Shown: piece by piece, positions 24,278 to 36,578 of the stretch
How positions within the stretch are numbered: the first letter of the stretch is position 1
Layout of the letters: every line of letters starts with the position of its first letter
Assembly (NCBI GenBank): GCA_043228905.1
Contig: JBHGNT010000174.1
Span: forward strand, 1 to 61,196
From: Azolla caroliniana
Taxonomy: Eukaryota > Plantae > Polypodiophyta
Length of the DNA: 61,196 bases
Reading direction: 5' to 3'
Translations under genes and position numbers: made by a program
The notes under the pieces: generated by a model
Database searches by the model: none
The model's input: the letters and a program-made list of their open reading frames with translations, nothing else
Told to the model about the DNA's origin: nothing

Positions 24278-27200
24278 ATGCATTGCTTGAGGTTCTCTGA
24301 TGATACTAGTACACCTCAACATACCAAGAATGACAATGTTCCCTTCGTTTGGTTCCCTGCATCAACCCTAATTCAACGAAGAATTGGAGAAGAATTAACA
24401 CTGGTAGGAAAAATAAATAAAGAAATATATATGTTTTTAATTTTCTGGGTAATTTTCTTCCTCTTCTTCTTCTTCTTCTTCTTCTTCTTCTTCTCTGTTT
24501 TTATGCATTTGTGATGAGAGTATATATATACCCTATTTTGTATATATATGTATATATACATACATATTTTAGGGTTTGGTATGTAATTACAGGTTTTTGT
24601 GCCTCCACATCCACTTATCAAACATTGGTTATCTATCCTTCGGGACGAACTCACTCCACCATCCATTTTCAGTATGTATAAATTTTCTATTTATTTTGGG
24701 GCTCTTTTTAATGCTAGCTTTCAAAGATTACTCACTCAATTTAGTACTTTTTAAGTTTTAATTTATTTTCGTACAAAGAGAAACCCTTTTCTTGGCTACT
24801 CAGATGTTATTATTCTGTTTTAGTTCTCTTTTCTTATCATTATTTTCTTGTTTTGTCTTGATCATGTTTGACACTAGAAAATGCTTTGGCTGAATTGGGA
24901 AGATTTCTTATATATGAAGCTGCTAGGGACTGGCTAGTGAGTACAATGTTACGTTTCATATTGTCAATGTTGTTCAGGTTGTTGAAATTGGATGCTTTCA
25001 TAGACCAAGTATATTATGGGCATAGGCATAGTAAATTACTTGGGGTTAATTATCCTAATCGTACTACATAACTGGAGTTTGATGAACCTCCTAATCATAT
25101 TAAGGTGATTCATTAAGATCCTAATAATGTAGTTATGCATTCAAGACACAATGAACCTACTCTACACTTAACTAACTCCTACTAGTGTAGTTTTTGTGTA
25201 TTCATTTAAGAAAGTTGATCATGCATTTCCTTTTTTCAAAGTATTAGAACACTTGTGACATAGCAGCTAACTATCAAAGGTGAGGTTCAAACACCCTATG
25301 GAGTTGCAGATGTGGACTTTATTGATGGCCAAGAGCCTGTAATGGTGAGCACTTTTTATTTATGTATTGAATATCCATTATCCATTCTTCCAGTAATACG
25401 TCCAGATTCCTTGTTATTGGTGGCAATCTTATAGGTGATACCCATGCTTCGAGAAGGGCTCGTATTGGTTGAACATGTGGCTTCTGTTCTACCCTCAACA
25501 CAAACATATCACATTGGTGAGTAGTCATGGAATGTCATATCTTTTCGATATGAATATCTTTCAGTTCTCTTAATCTATGTTTTATTATTACACATGCTAT
25601 GGGCTTTCTACTTGATTGACCATTTTTATGTTACCACTTTTGAATACATTTTGTAAGCATGGAATTTCTATTCCTTTCTTATCTCGGTTTGCCAGGATTT
25701 GGCCAAGATCAGGTCACACTCAAGCCTACCCTTTATTTGAACAAGTTAGTTGAATCATCCTTGAAACATTTCATGTTGGGAATCGAATCATGTGATAATT
25801 ACCTTATTTCATAAGAATCATACACAGAAAATCTAATAGGAAGTGCTTGCTGGGTTTGGTATCTCATGAGGTTTTCTGACTTTTGGTCAGATGCTATGTA
25901 TCATTTTCTATTTGTATTCTTTTCAGGCTACCAGATGAATTCCCAAATGGTGTCAGAGTTCTTATTGCAGATGCATTGCTAGCCACAGGTTAGCAATCAG
26001 GATCAAATCTTCGCATTTCTAGGATGTAAGAAAAACGATCCAACAGAATATAAGAGCATGAGCTGTTTTTTCTGTGTTGATTAAGCAGGTGAGACACTTA
26101 TTTCTACAATCGAGCTATTAAAGCAACGAAATGTGAACCACCGACTGATAAGAGTAGTGAGTTGTTTAACCTTCTGTCTAGTTTAATTACTGGGATGGAG
26201 GAAAGAAATAATTGGTAGGCATATGAGGAGGAGACCAATAACTTCTGGGTGAGCCATTGCATGTCAATGGTAAAAGCAAATCTCTATCCAAGTAGCTAAT
26301 GCTTTGGGCAGATAAACTCTTCAAAAAATCTTAGTATCATTGATTATGGATAGGAGAACATATAGGTTGGTTTATTTAATGTTATCAGGCATTATGGAAA
26401 TTGGAGAATTCATATCTTCATACACCCATTTTGGAAGGGTGGATATTTTCATATTAGAAACATAGGAATGGGGGATGGGTTCCTAATATCTGTTTACTAT
26501 TTGTATTAAGATGCCTGCTCACATCTCTCCACGGGGAAAAGTCATTTGTAATGGTCAACAAGCTCTTATCAATCTCTTACAAATAACCATCTGACTCTTG
26601 AGTGAGAACTTGCATGCACCTACTATAGCTGAGCTGCTGCTAGAAATAAAGATAAAAATGTTTACAAATTTGTTTATGATGATCCCAGTGGGATGGATAC
26701 TTGTGCAGTCTCTTAACATGCATAAGCAGAGCTTTGAACTTTGACACCTAACCATGGCTGTCGTATCACACAGATATGTGCTGCTGTTACGCCTCCAGCA
26801 TTGGATCAACTTAGTAACAAGTTCCCTGGGTACAAAAACATGTGAATCTTTTCCTGAAAACGTGTGAAAATCTATTGTTCCTAAATAAGAGCACCTTTAT
26901 GCTGTAATATGTTCCTCTATAGGCTCCGAATATATGCAGCAACTGTAGATGAGGCAGTTACTGAACGAGGGTGAGTAATCAATTCTATCTTCTGATAGTC
27001 TTTTGTAATTTGAGACTACTCGGTTCCATTTCGTGCATTGTTCATATAGGATTGATCTTCTGTTTGACAATTTTGACACGAAACCACTTTTAACATGTAT
27101 ATGCATTTCCTCCATATATCATCTTCTGTAACTTGAGACTTAGTTTGATCTTTACTATTCCTTGTGGTGATATTTATAAATTTATCTTCGGGGTTCTTTG

Positions 27201-27295
27201 CAGTAATAGTTCGTAAATTGATCACACTCAATATTCTTTGCAGTGATATTGTGCCTGGTATCGGAGATGCTGGCGATCGTAGCTATGGGACATGA
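24278..27295 (+). CDS. UPP: uracil phosphoribosyltransferase-like protein (plant UPP family), 11 exons, ~252 aa
   Basis: GT-AG exons with consistent phases: 24278-24403, 24593-24671, 24878-24936, 25267-25344, 25435-25516, 25696-25744, 25927-25988, 26089-26156, 26774-26829, 26923-26970, 27244-27295. Translation has VFVPPHPLIKHW, NALAELGRFLIYEAARDWL, LYLNKLPDEFP and PGIGDAGDRSYGT*. The start codon and exon 1 are less certain. Confidence 0.93.
24463..24493. repeat. (TTC)n microsatellite in UPP intron 1
   Basis: Directly visible. Confidence 0.9.
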
Positions 27296-27854
27296 TTCTT
27301 TTCTTTGTAAATACAAGCTGTATTATGCAGTTTCTATGCGAGGCTCCTGTACAGGTTTAAATCTGGTACTAACAATGACTCTAATGTGAGTGTATCATTC
27401 AACTAATGTGATTGTGTGTACAATGAATGACCCTTTGGCATTTTGATTCTGAATGCGGAAAAGATTTGATTTCCAAAGCCTACTTTTACTTTTTGTAAAG
27501 GTATGCATGAACCTTTTTTTTTGTAATAATACATGAACCATTTTTAAAAATTTCACTTGTAAACATTACCTAGCAATCCTCAGAAATTTTGTAAATATCC
27601 ATAAATAAAATTATGCGTGGAATTTACATTATATTTCAAGTGAAATGTGTCATCTCAATTTCAATTGGTGTTCTATTTATGACTCAATTATGAGAGATCC
27701 CTTGATTAATACCAGGTAGAGATATGTAAGCATACTCGTATCCATTGGATACATACTGAACTTGTAACACCTTCAGACTCTAGGAAAGAATAATTAACGA
27801 ATGCAAGAACGTGGTGAATATATAATGCTCCATGGTATCAGTTGGATCTTATGA

Positions 27855-28185
27855 TGGTTTGAAACATGGTTCTTTACCCGTAATTTTGAACATGAAAACA
27901 GGAACATAATGAATGTATTATCAAATGCAAGAATCTAATAAATGTAGCACCGAGTGCAAGAATTGATATGGATTGTTAACCTGCGTAGCACCTTATGGTT
28001 TGAAACATGGTTTTGTATCCATTCTTTTGAACATGAAAACAGGAACATAATGAATGTATTGTCAAATGCAAGAATCTAATGATTGTTATCTAGTTTCACT
28101 ACGGAAAGAACCCATCCAGGAACATAATGAATGTATTCTCAAATGCAGGAATCTAATGAATGTTATCTAGTTTCAGTACAGAAAT
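27855..28185. repeat. local imperfect triplication downstream of UPP
   Basis: Core CAGGAACATAATGAATGTATT.TCAAATGCA.GAATCTAAT occurs at ~27899, ~28040 and ~28117. Confidence 0.8.
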
Positions 28186-29618
28186 AGCTCGTCCTTTGGT
28201 GCCAAAGAATATAGTATGCTATTTACAGTTGCTGATATCATGCTCAACTTTGTAAACATGGAAATGATGATTGCTCTCATTGTCATCGAGCTTACAAGAG
28301 GCTCATGGGCTACTTGTGATGCATTTGGGATTGTTCAATATATGGTGATTCAATTGATGTGTGTATAATTCAACTGTCCCAAAATCCAATTTATGCCTAC
28401 TTTGCAAGATTTTCAATACACATTCAAAGCACTACCACTAGTAAGATTTATTACCTTCCATATAAGTTATGATCTATTGACGAAAAATCTTACTCTCTAA
28501 TTTGTTGCAAGATTGATATTGATTATTTATTGACAGAAATAGTTAAATTATGATCAATGGTATGATGCCAATACATAAATACACAATGAGATAGCAAATA
28601 CAAGCACGTTCTCAACATTATAGAGTAGTAATCTATTGACTAAAAATGACATCTATGTGACCTCAACACAAAATTGAAGAATAATGCTTCAGTTAATATA
28701 TAGCCTCACAATAATATTCCAACTTGGCTTTTTTGTCAGCAGTAATCCATTAAGTGCAAGTTGACATAGCAAATCATTTTGCAAGAGAGTTTCAGACATG
28801 TGAACTATTTCATAGGTTTCTCATATAACCAGATGGAGGAAACTTGTCTCTGGTATTTTTTATGTTTTCAGTTCATTTTCCATTCATTATTTGTCATTTG
28901 CGATACATATCATGACTCTTAACAAAGCTTTGATTTTCCACTATTTGACATAGCATAGCATAGCCATACTCCAAGGAACCAATATATAAAGTTCTTTTTA
29001 AGCTTTTGTCTCTCATTCAATATCATACCAGGTATGCTTTGTATAGCACTGTCTGGCCAATGATGGACAGTACAGAATGTCTAAACTACAGATATACTTA
29101 TACACAAAACTGATAATATTCTCTGCCCCCAATAACTAATATTCTATACCCAATTATGATTCACACAGACATTTGAATAGCTAAACACCTAAACCCTGCA
29201 CAATTCCAATGTTTTCTCCATGTGCCATAATTACTACTATCTTAATTTTTATATGTTCACTAATAGCTGTGTATGTGGAGAAGACTTGGGAGTATCCCAA
29301 GTAGTTTGCACAATTTGCCCTGGAGTACTATATCATCAGCAGCATATAAAAATAAGAGGTAACATGGTGAACATGCCAATCCAATGCCTTCAAAAATGTC
29401 ACTGTAACTTCTATTGAGTCTCCTTATTAAATATTTATTGCATGATAGAGTACATATGCCAAAAACTTATTTTGTTACAACATTATTATGAGGGTACAAG
29501 AAAAGGCAAACTACCGTTTGCATCTGTGAGTAAAGAGGCTAGAGACACCAGTTGTGAACTCTCTATTGTGGAGATGAATATATATTGGGAGATGAAACTC
29601 AAATGTGCACCAAGCTGG

Positions 29619-32600
29619 CTATTCTACATCCTTTTGAATCTCATATAGCTGCCGAATATTTCCAGAAGCTATATACAGTACAACAACTACATTAGAGGGT
29701 TCAAATAAGAAAAAGGATATTTCTGCAAAGACAGTGCTGATAGATATACTCACATAAAAGCCACTCCTTGAAGTGAACTCGCATGACATGCGCCAAATGT
29801 CGTTTCCTTGGTACACTTATTTTCAGTGACTCTAATACTTCCCTCAGCACCTGAGCCGCTTTATTCTAAATACATAAACAATATTTAATGTACATAATCA
29901 TCAAATTCCATGCTCATCTACTAAGATAAATAGTTTACTTAATTACTTAAATAGGGGGAAGTATTATGTGAATATTCAGAATCAACAAATAATAATGCAT
30001 TCCTATTAGAATAATAAAAGAATTAGTAGATAGTAACTGTCAAGACAATAGAATACAAAAAACGATAAGCCTACATGCATTCATTTTAGAAACCTTAGCA
30101 GACAATATATTATGTTCCGAATTTGCATGACAATAGTTTCTATAGACTAAAAGAAAAAGAACTAGGTGATTACCCTTTGTGTCTGAGATTGTAAATATGC
30201 CCTTGGCAACATGAAAGGGTTACATGTTGTGACAGATCCCCGATAAGATTTACTATCAGTCCATTTTGGGATCTGCAAATTCAAAGGCATGGGGTATTGC
30301 CAATAATATCAGAATACCAAAGAATGTGTCTCGGCGACAGTGATTAATTACTGTAAGAAACACCAAGCTGCCCGTAGCTTGTTGCGTATTTACCAGAATG
30401 ACCCTAAGCAAGTTAGGGGTATTTAAGTGTTTTTCCCTTGATCATATATCATGAACCATGACCAAGATGCACGCACCGTGAAGCTTGTGAAATGATCTGC
30501 TGGCAAGAGAGACGCACCCTCTGTTTCAGAATCAGCAATACCAGCTGCATGCACTGTAGAATCATGTGGATCAACAGCAGAGAATGTCAGTTGCTCATCC
30601 CATTTGTTAATGTTTGGTTCAAAACCCACTTGGCTCAAATGTTCCTCCAGCTTGGGGTAGTATGTATTGTATGGTGCTACCTATGTAAATAGGAAAAAAT
30701 AAAATTACATAGGCATTTAATATATATACAATGATAGTATCATCAGTTGTATATTCTTTTGTAGTATCATTGCAAAATCTTTAGGAATATTTTCTATACA
30801 GTGATAGTATTCGTTTATACTCTCTGGCATTATAAGAATCCAAACCTGCAAGCTATGGTTTTCACCAAAAATCACTGGAGCTTGATTCACTGCAAGGTTA
30901 AATCGGCATTCTCGACAATTTGCAATGCATATCCGTACAGTTGCCACTATCAAGTGTACCCTTTCACAATGCTCCATGCGAACAGCCTATCATGCAAAAG
31001 TAAATATCATACTTACAGCTTGAAATAATCTTTTCACAAATAATCTAAATTCTTATAGAAACCCTAAAGGAATGGTGATGTTGCTTGCTTCTTACTCAAT
31101 TGCATCAGAAGGAAAAACACATGCATGTAAACACAGGTAAATACAATACCAGATATGCAGGTCCAAAGTACCTTTCCAACAGCACCAAGAACCACTGTAC
31201 AATCTGAGCATCCATAAATAGATACATAATTTAAAGGTGCAAGGACATAAATAGTTGAATCATTGCAATTTGTGACCTATACATCAAAAGAAGCATCATG
31301 AGATTTTCAGTTGGTAATTATACACTATTCGATCAAGCATATGGGCATTAGTAGACAGAAATCAATAAAATGGAAGCCATGGTGCAAATATAATATAAGA
31401 CAATCTAAAAATTGGTAAGTTTTGCATTGAACTGAACAACTGAAGAAACAAAGACCATTGACCAAATGATACTTTAAAACATGAACAAAATTTAGGATAA
31501 TTTTATCTAGAATTGGGATCAATAATTGGACTCTCAACTTTCATGCCTAAAGATTTAACTCGCCTCGCATAGACTTGGTGAAATAAAACATTCTCACCTT
31601 TACAGAACCACCGATAATGTTACTCTCATCCTTCAAAAATGATACTTTGATTACTCCATCAATGACTGTAAAATCTTGAATAGATGAGCATCCATTGGCA
31701 TTACAATGGGTAGGTCTATCCTGTAAATGGTTTGATCTAGAGAATAAGTGAGACATCACCCAATCATGCACTTCTTGTAAAGGGACAAGAGCAGTGGATT
31801 CTGAGAAGAAAGGAGCGGCACAGCTTAGTGGCTCCAACGTTGACGACTCAATCAAGAAACCAAGGTGATTAAACTGCTCTTCTGAGATTAGCATCTGTTA
31901 TTGCCAACAAATAATAAAATGAAGTTAAAAGCTACATCACTAGTTTTAAGCAACTTACCAAGAATGTCACAACTAATACCACTTATATTTCCCTTTGAAG
32001 ACTAGAAATTTTCAATATTGAAACAAGCTGGGCCAGTACTCATGACAAGATTTTTAAGTTATTAGATCCACAGTAGATGTCAATATTTCTGAGGTTAATC
32101 TCTGTAAAATGTCAATATTTCTTGTGGTAAACCTCTGAACTTAATTTCCTTGAATAGGAAACAGCATATAAAACTAAAAGAATGTGCATGTAACTAAAAC
32201 ACATTCAGAACAAAGTTTCCTACTGATAATGGTCTAATGATTTAAAGATTATAATGCTACCTATATTTAAGTTATTATACTTCAATATATATGTTGTGAT
32301 CCATATTCATAACTTAACATTTGGATGTCTAAGACTAACAAGAATAAATTTGCACACATTTTGCATTCTATGTTGAACCATCATTTCACAAACAATAGAA
32401 AAGATAACAATGCTGTAAAGGGGAGCTCAAAAATATCAACATTGTTGAATAGAAAAACAAATGTTCATTATTGTAAATAGAAATGAACACTAAATTGTCA
32501 AAATGATTAAGATTTACAAGTATAAAATGCAATGCAAATAACATGAATGCCTCCATTAAAATAACAGAAATTGTCGAATCGACGCACAGAGAATAACAAT

Positions 32601-33461
32601 TTTTCAAAACGGCATAATAAAGTGTCTTCTATGAAAAATTAGTAAAAGCCAATATACGCATACCACCCATTAACCTGTGAATCAGTGCAGGTGTTTTCCA
32701 ATGGCGCTGCCAAAAGAGAAAGTAAGTCATGAAGATGCTTTTGCATGTAGGCGAGCTGATGAGCTTCTTCATCTGATTGTGATGGTGTTGTGGTTTTTCG
32801 AACTTTTACCTGAAATAAACATGTAAATGTGTAAACTTGCAAGTGCTCATACGATAGAAGAAGACACAGTGTACCCCATCAATGGGTTAAATGACAAAAA
32901 AAAAAACCATAGCCAGTTTAGTAATCAACTTGAGCGTAAAAGCATGATTGAAGGGCATAAGATGCAAACATGATGTGAAGTAGAAATAGGTGTAGTAGTA
33001 GTCGTCGTAACAGTTGTTGCAGTTGTTGTCGTAGAAGATGACCCATCAAGGGGCCAAACATCTTCAACCAAAGAAGCATCTTTATGTGGCCGAATTGGAG
33101 CTCTCCTATAGTTCTGAATGTATAAGAACATGATCAAGTCATCAACGGAAGCACCCACAGAATCAATCTCTCCAAGAGAAGCACTATATATAGCATCATC
33201 ATAATATGGAGGAAAGACGGAGGCAAATGTCTCTAGAAGCAATTGGGCTTGTTCATACATGATCCCAAGGCAGAGAGAGATGCCCGCCGCATTGATTCGA
33301 TGATTTCTACGAAGATTATTTGAGTACCGATGCATCTTCAAGCGTAGTCGCATGAGAGTAGATGATGAGGATGTATCCGCGGAGACGAAGCTCGGATCAG
33401 AGAATGGAAGAAGACCATATTCAAAAGGTTGGAATCGGAGATATAGATAGAGGCTGTTCAT
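29619..33461 (-). CDS. TBCCD1: TBCC domain-containing protein 1-like (C-CAP/cofactor C-like domain), 9 exons, ~544 aa
   Basis: Exons on -: 33461-32970, 32809-32675, 31894-31598, 31276-31172, 30986-30846, 30680-30477, 30272-30174, 29865-29754, 29668-29619; all GT-AG and in phase. Motifs PFEYGLLP, PSQSDEEAHQLAY, IYGCSDCTVVLGAVGKAVRMEHCERV, QVAPYNTYY and HFKEWLLSSGNIRQLY. Confidence 0.92.
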
Positions 33462-33888
33462 TGAGATGAATGTGTTTTTTTATCTCTCTCTCTCTGTTTT
33501 GTTTCGATCTCTTATGTCTTTATGCTCTCTGATTTTATCTTTTTTCTTGCTCTGGTTTTCTTTACCTGTGTCTCACTCTGTTTTCTTGTTTTGTTAAAAA
33601 TATGCTCTGTTTTTTCTTCCTTTCTGCTTCTTGATTGCTCTGGTGTCTGTAAGAGCACTGTTTTTCTTTAATTCTTTTTGCTCTGTTCTGAAGTGTGTGA
33701 TTCTCTCCTGCTCTCTTGCTTTGCTCTCTTCTGTCTCTCCCCTGTCTTTCTTGCTTTTCCTCATATTCTTCCATTTTTGTGGGCTTTCTTTTTGTCCTCA
33801 ACAAAACAAAACAAACAAAAGAACATTAAGGTTTTGAAGACTCTCATAAAACCTTCTGTCTTCAACATGGCTTCATCTCTTGAGATTT

Positions 33889-33913
33889 TGAGAGAGAGAG
33901 AGAGAGAGAGAGA

Positions 33914-33952
<39 letters not shown>
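33889..33952. repeat. compound (GA)n(GT)n microsatellite 5' of the TBCC gene
   Basis: Directly visible. Confidence 0.9.
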
Positions 33953-33956
<4 letters not shown>

Positions 33957-36578
33957 TCTGTGTATTAAGTTTGGCTTTGAAATCTGTCAAGCAACAAAAT
34001 ATGGGACCCAACCATTTTCCTTCTCTTCCTGTCGGGTACCCCTTATGGCGTCCTGTTGCGATCATTTGCTCTCGTAAATGGCATTAGTATGAGACACACG
34101 ACGGACAAATGCATCCTATGTTGTAAGCCCCCTAAAAACAGAAGGTTTTTGTCAATTTGTCTTTTCAATCTGCCTCACATTCTTCTGGTTGGGTTCATTT
34201 CATACGAAAGAAAGAATCTCATGTGAACTCACATAGTAAGTGTTTCGGCTTCATTAGTGAGGCGTTGATGAGTTCTGGAATCTTTTTGTCATGGCTATTA
34301 GCTAAAATTGTTAAGTGAGGCAAGTCATGTGTGACTCCATTTTCTATACAAAAAACAGAAGGTCCTATAGAATCTTTTTCAATATGCTCTTTCTTTCTCT
34401 TCTGAATGTAATATATTGTTTACTAAAGCCTTTTGGAAGCTTTTATTATTAGATAAAATGTTGGATACATACACGTACTTTGACAAGGAGATGATGCTGA
34501 CAATACCTTCTTGCAAGATGACATGGCAAGCATCATCATTCCCTCGCTCAATGACTTTTCATGTGTCTTGAGCTCATCTAGCACTGATTGTGTCATCCTA
34601 CAATTTAGATATAAACATGTTTTGAAGCCCTCTCTCGTATCTCACTCTTCATTATTTCCTACATTTTTTTTACCCATCGATTCGAATACATGAATAAGTG
34701 CCTTAGACTGTACTTTTATACTCATGAATTACAAAGTGATGCTACAAAGAATGGTGTAAACAAGGAGAAATTTGGGCATTGATAGCCATTCATTTTGATC
34801 GTGTGGCAATGAGAGGCCACAAAATTTCAATAACATTTTAATAACATGTCAAACACCCCCAATGAATATACCACATGATCATGTAGTATTTAATTCCCAT
34901 TTTTCACATCAAAGCAAAGTAGTTGAAATATTGAGGCTTGTCAAAGGATATTAAGGCTGACAACTTGGTACCTAGTCATACGATGACATAATTTGGGCAA
35001 AGCACAATGAATCACCCTACAAAACTTACAATGTTACTAAGTCCCCCACAATTTCCGAGTGGTCCATGTGGTTGCAAATCTTAAATGTATCATGACTCAT
35101 GCACTATCATAGTTGACATTCAATGCCATACAACACCAATTTAATACAAAGAAATTGAAAACATGAATCATGAATTCAATCATAGAAATTTGCCATGTAG
35201 TTGAGGTTGAAATGATTGCTATAATCCAATCATCAAAGATGATGTTCTTGTTCCAATTAAAACTACACCAAAACCCTAAATGAAACAATATGTCAAATGT
35301 AGGAACCACCGTGCACAATGGGTTTTGATTACCACCAGCATTATTGACAGTATAAATTTGATGAGGTTGTTAAAAGTAATCTCTTTTTGCCGGTTGATAG
35401 TGTGACTTACTCGAGTATAAACATAATTTGCCCCACGAATAATAAGTAACCAATGATAGCAAGATTGACCTTTGAAATGACAATCAAACCAACCTTCAGC
35501 CTTTATAACAATGAAGGTGTACATCAAGGTCATTGACGGTCTTTATATCCTCGACATAATATTCACCCGCCCAAATTCTGTAACATGGAGTTCAACAATG
35601 AACACACCAACAAAACATGGAAAACGTGATGCATTCAATTGACAACTATAGATTCACAATTGATTATATGGTATAATCAATTGAATGAATGATTACCTAA
35701 CCTAACCCCCCCACCCCGACAATCAAATGCAATGTGATGTACAAGTTGCAACTACTAATTGTTAGTCAAATGTAAAATGTTCACATCATGCATCAAAATA
35801 TGAAGTCATTCATCAAATATATGCTACCTTCTTATATGTAGAAACATGTTTCTCAAAGAGTATTCCACGGTCATCATGATTTCTTGTTGTCTACGGGTGT
35901 ATAGCTCTAAGATACGAGTTAGCAATGTTTCAATATATATATACATATCTATATATTTCATTACTCTCTCCAGTCTCAACATCGTACTCAGTTCACAATC
36001 TCTTCATACAACGAGTAATGCCATACGCTGCAACCTTCACTCCAACATAACATTAAATTTTAAGTGAACATGCCATTAAATCAGAACCCATTTCACAAAA
36101 AACTAAATATAGAGTCTAATGTGATATTTTCACCTTACAAATCAATGCCCTATTGAAATTCATAGGCATCATATTACATTCACTTGAATCATTTGCTGCG
36201 TATTGGAAATGCCAATAAATATGATAGATATACACAATGACTGAAGTAGGATAACAATGTGGATTCTAATGTCATGTTCACCTACAAAGTGTGATGCCAT
36301 ATTGAATTGGCATTGGTTGCCATTATAGATGGTGTACATAATCTTTCGTGTAGTATAACAATGTAAGCCTAATATGATATTTCACTCCAAGAGTAATGGC
36401 ATATTAAATTTTTATCACATGAGCTTTTTAGTATTGGCATTGTTGAGAATAAGACATCGGATTATATATTTTACACATAGTTAAAACAATTTTTGTTGGC
36501 CATTTCAATTTGCCATTACAGATTTAATAGATTTACAGAGTCTATTATCAAGAATCATAACTTTTTTACCATAACATG

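Noticed and set aside
33562-34065. Short ORFs upstream of the TBCC gene
   Set aside because: They are translations of CT-rich leader and microsatellite sequence.
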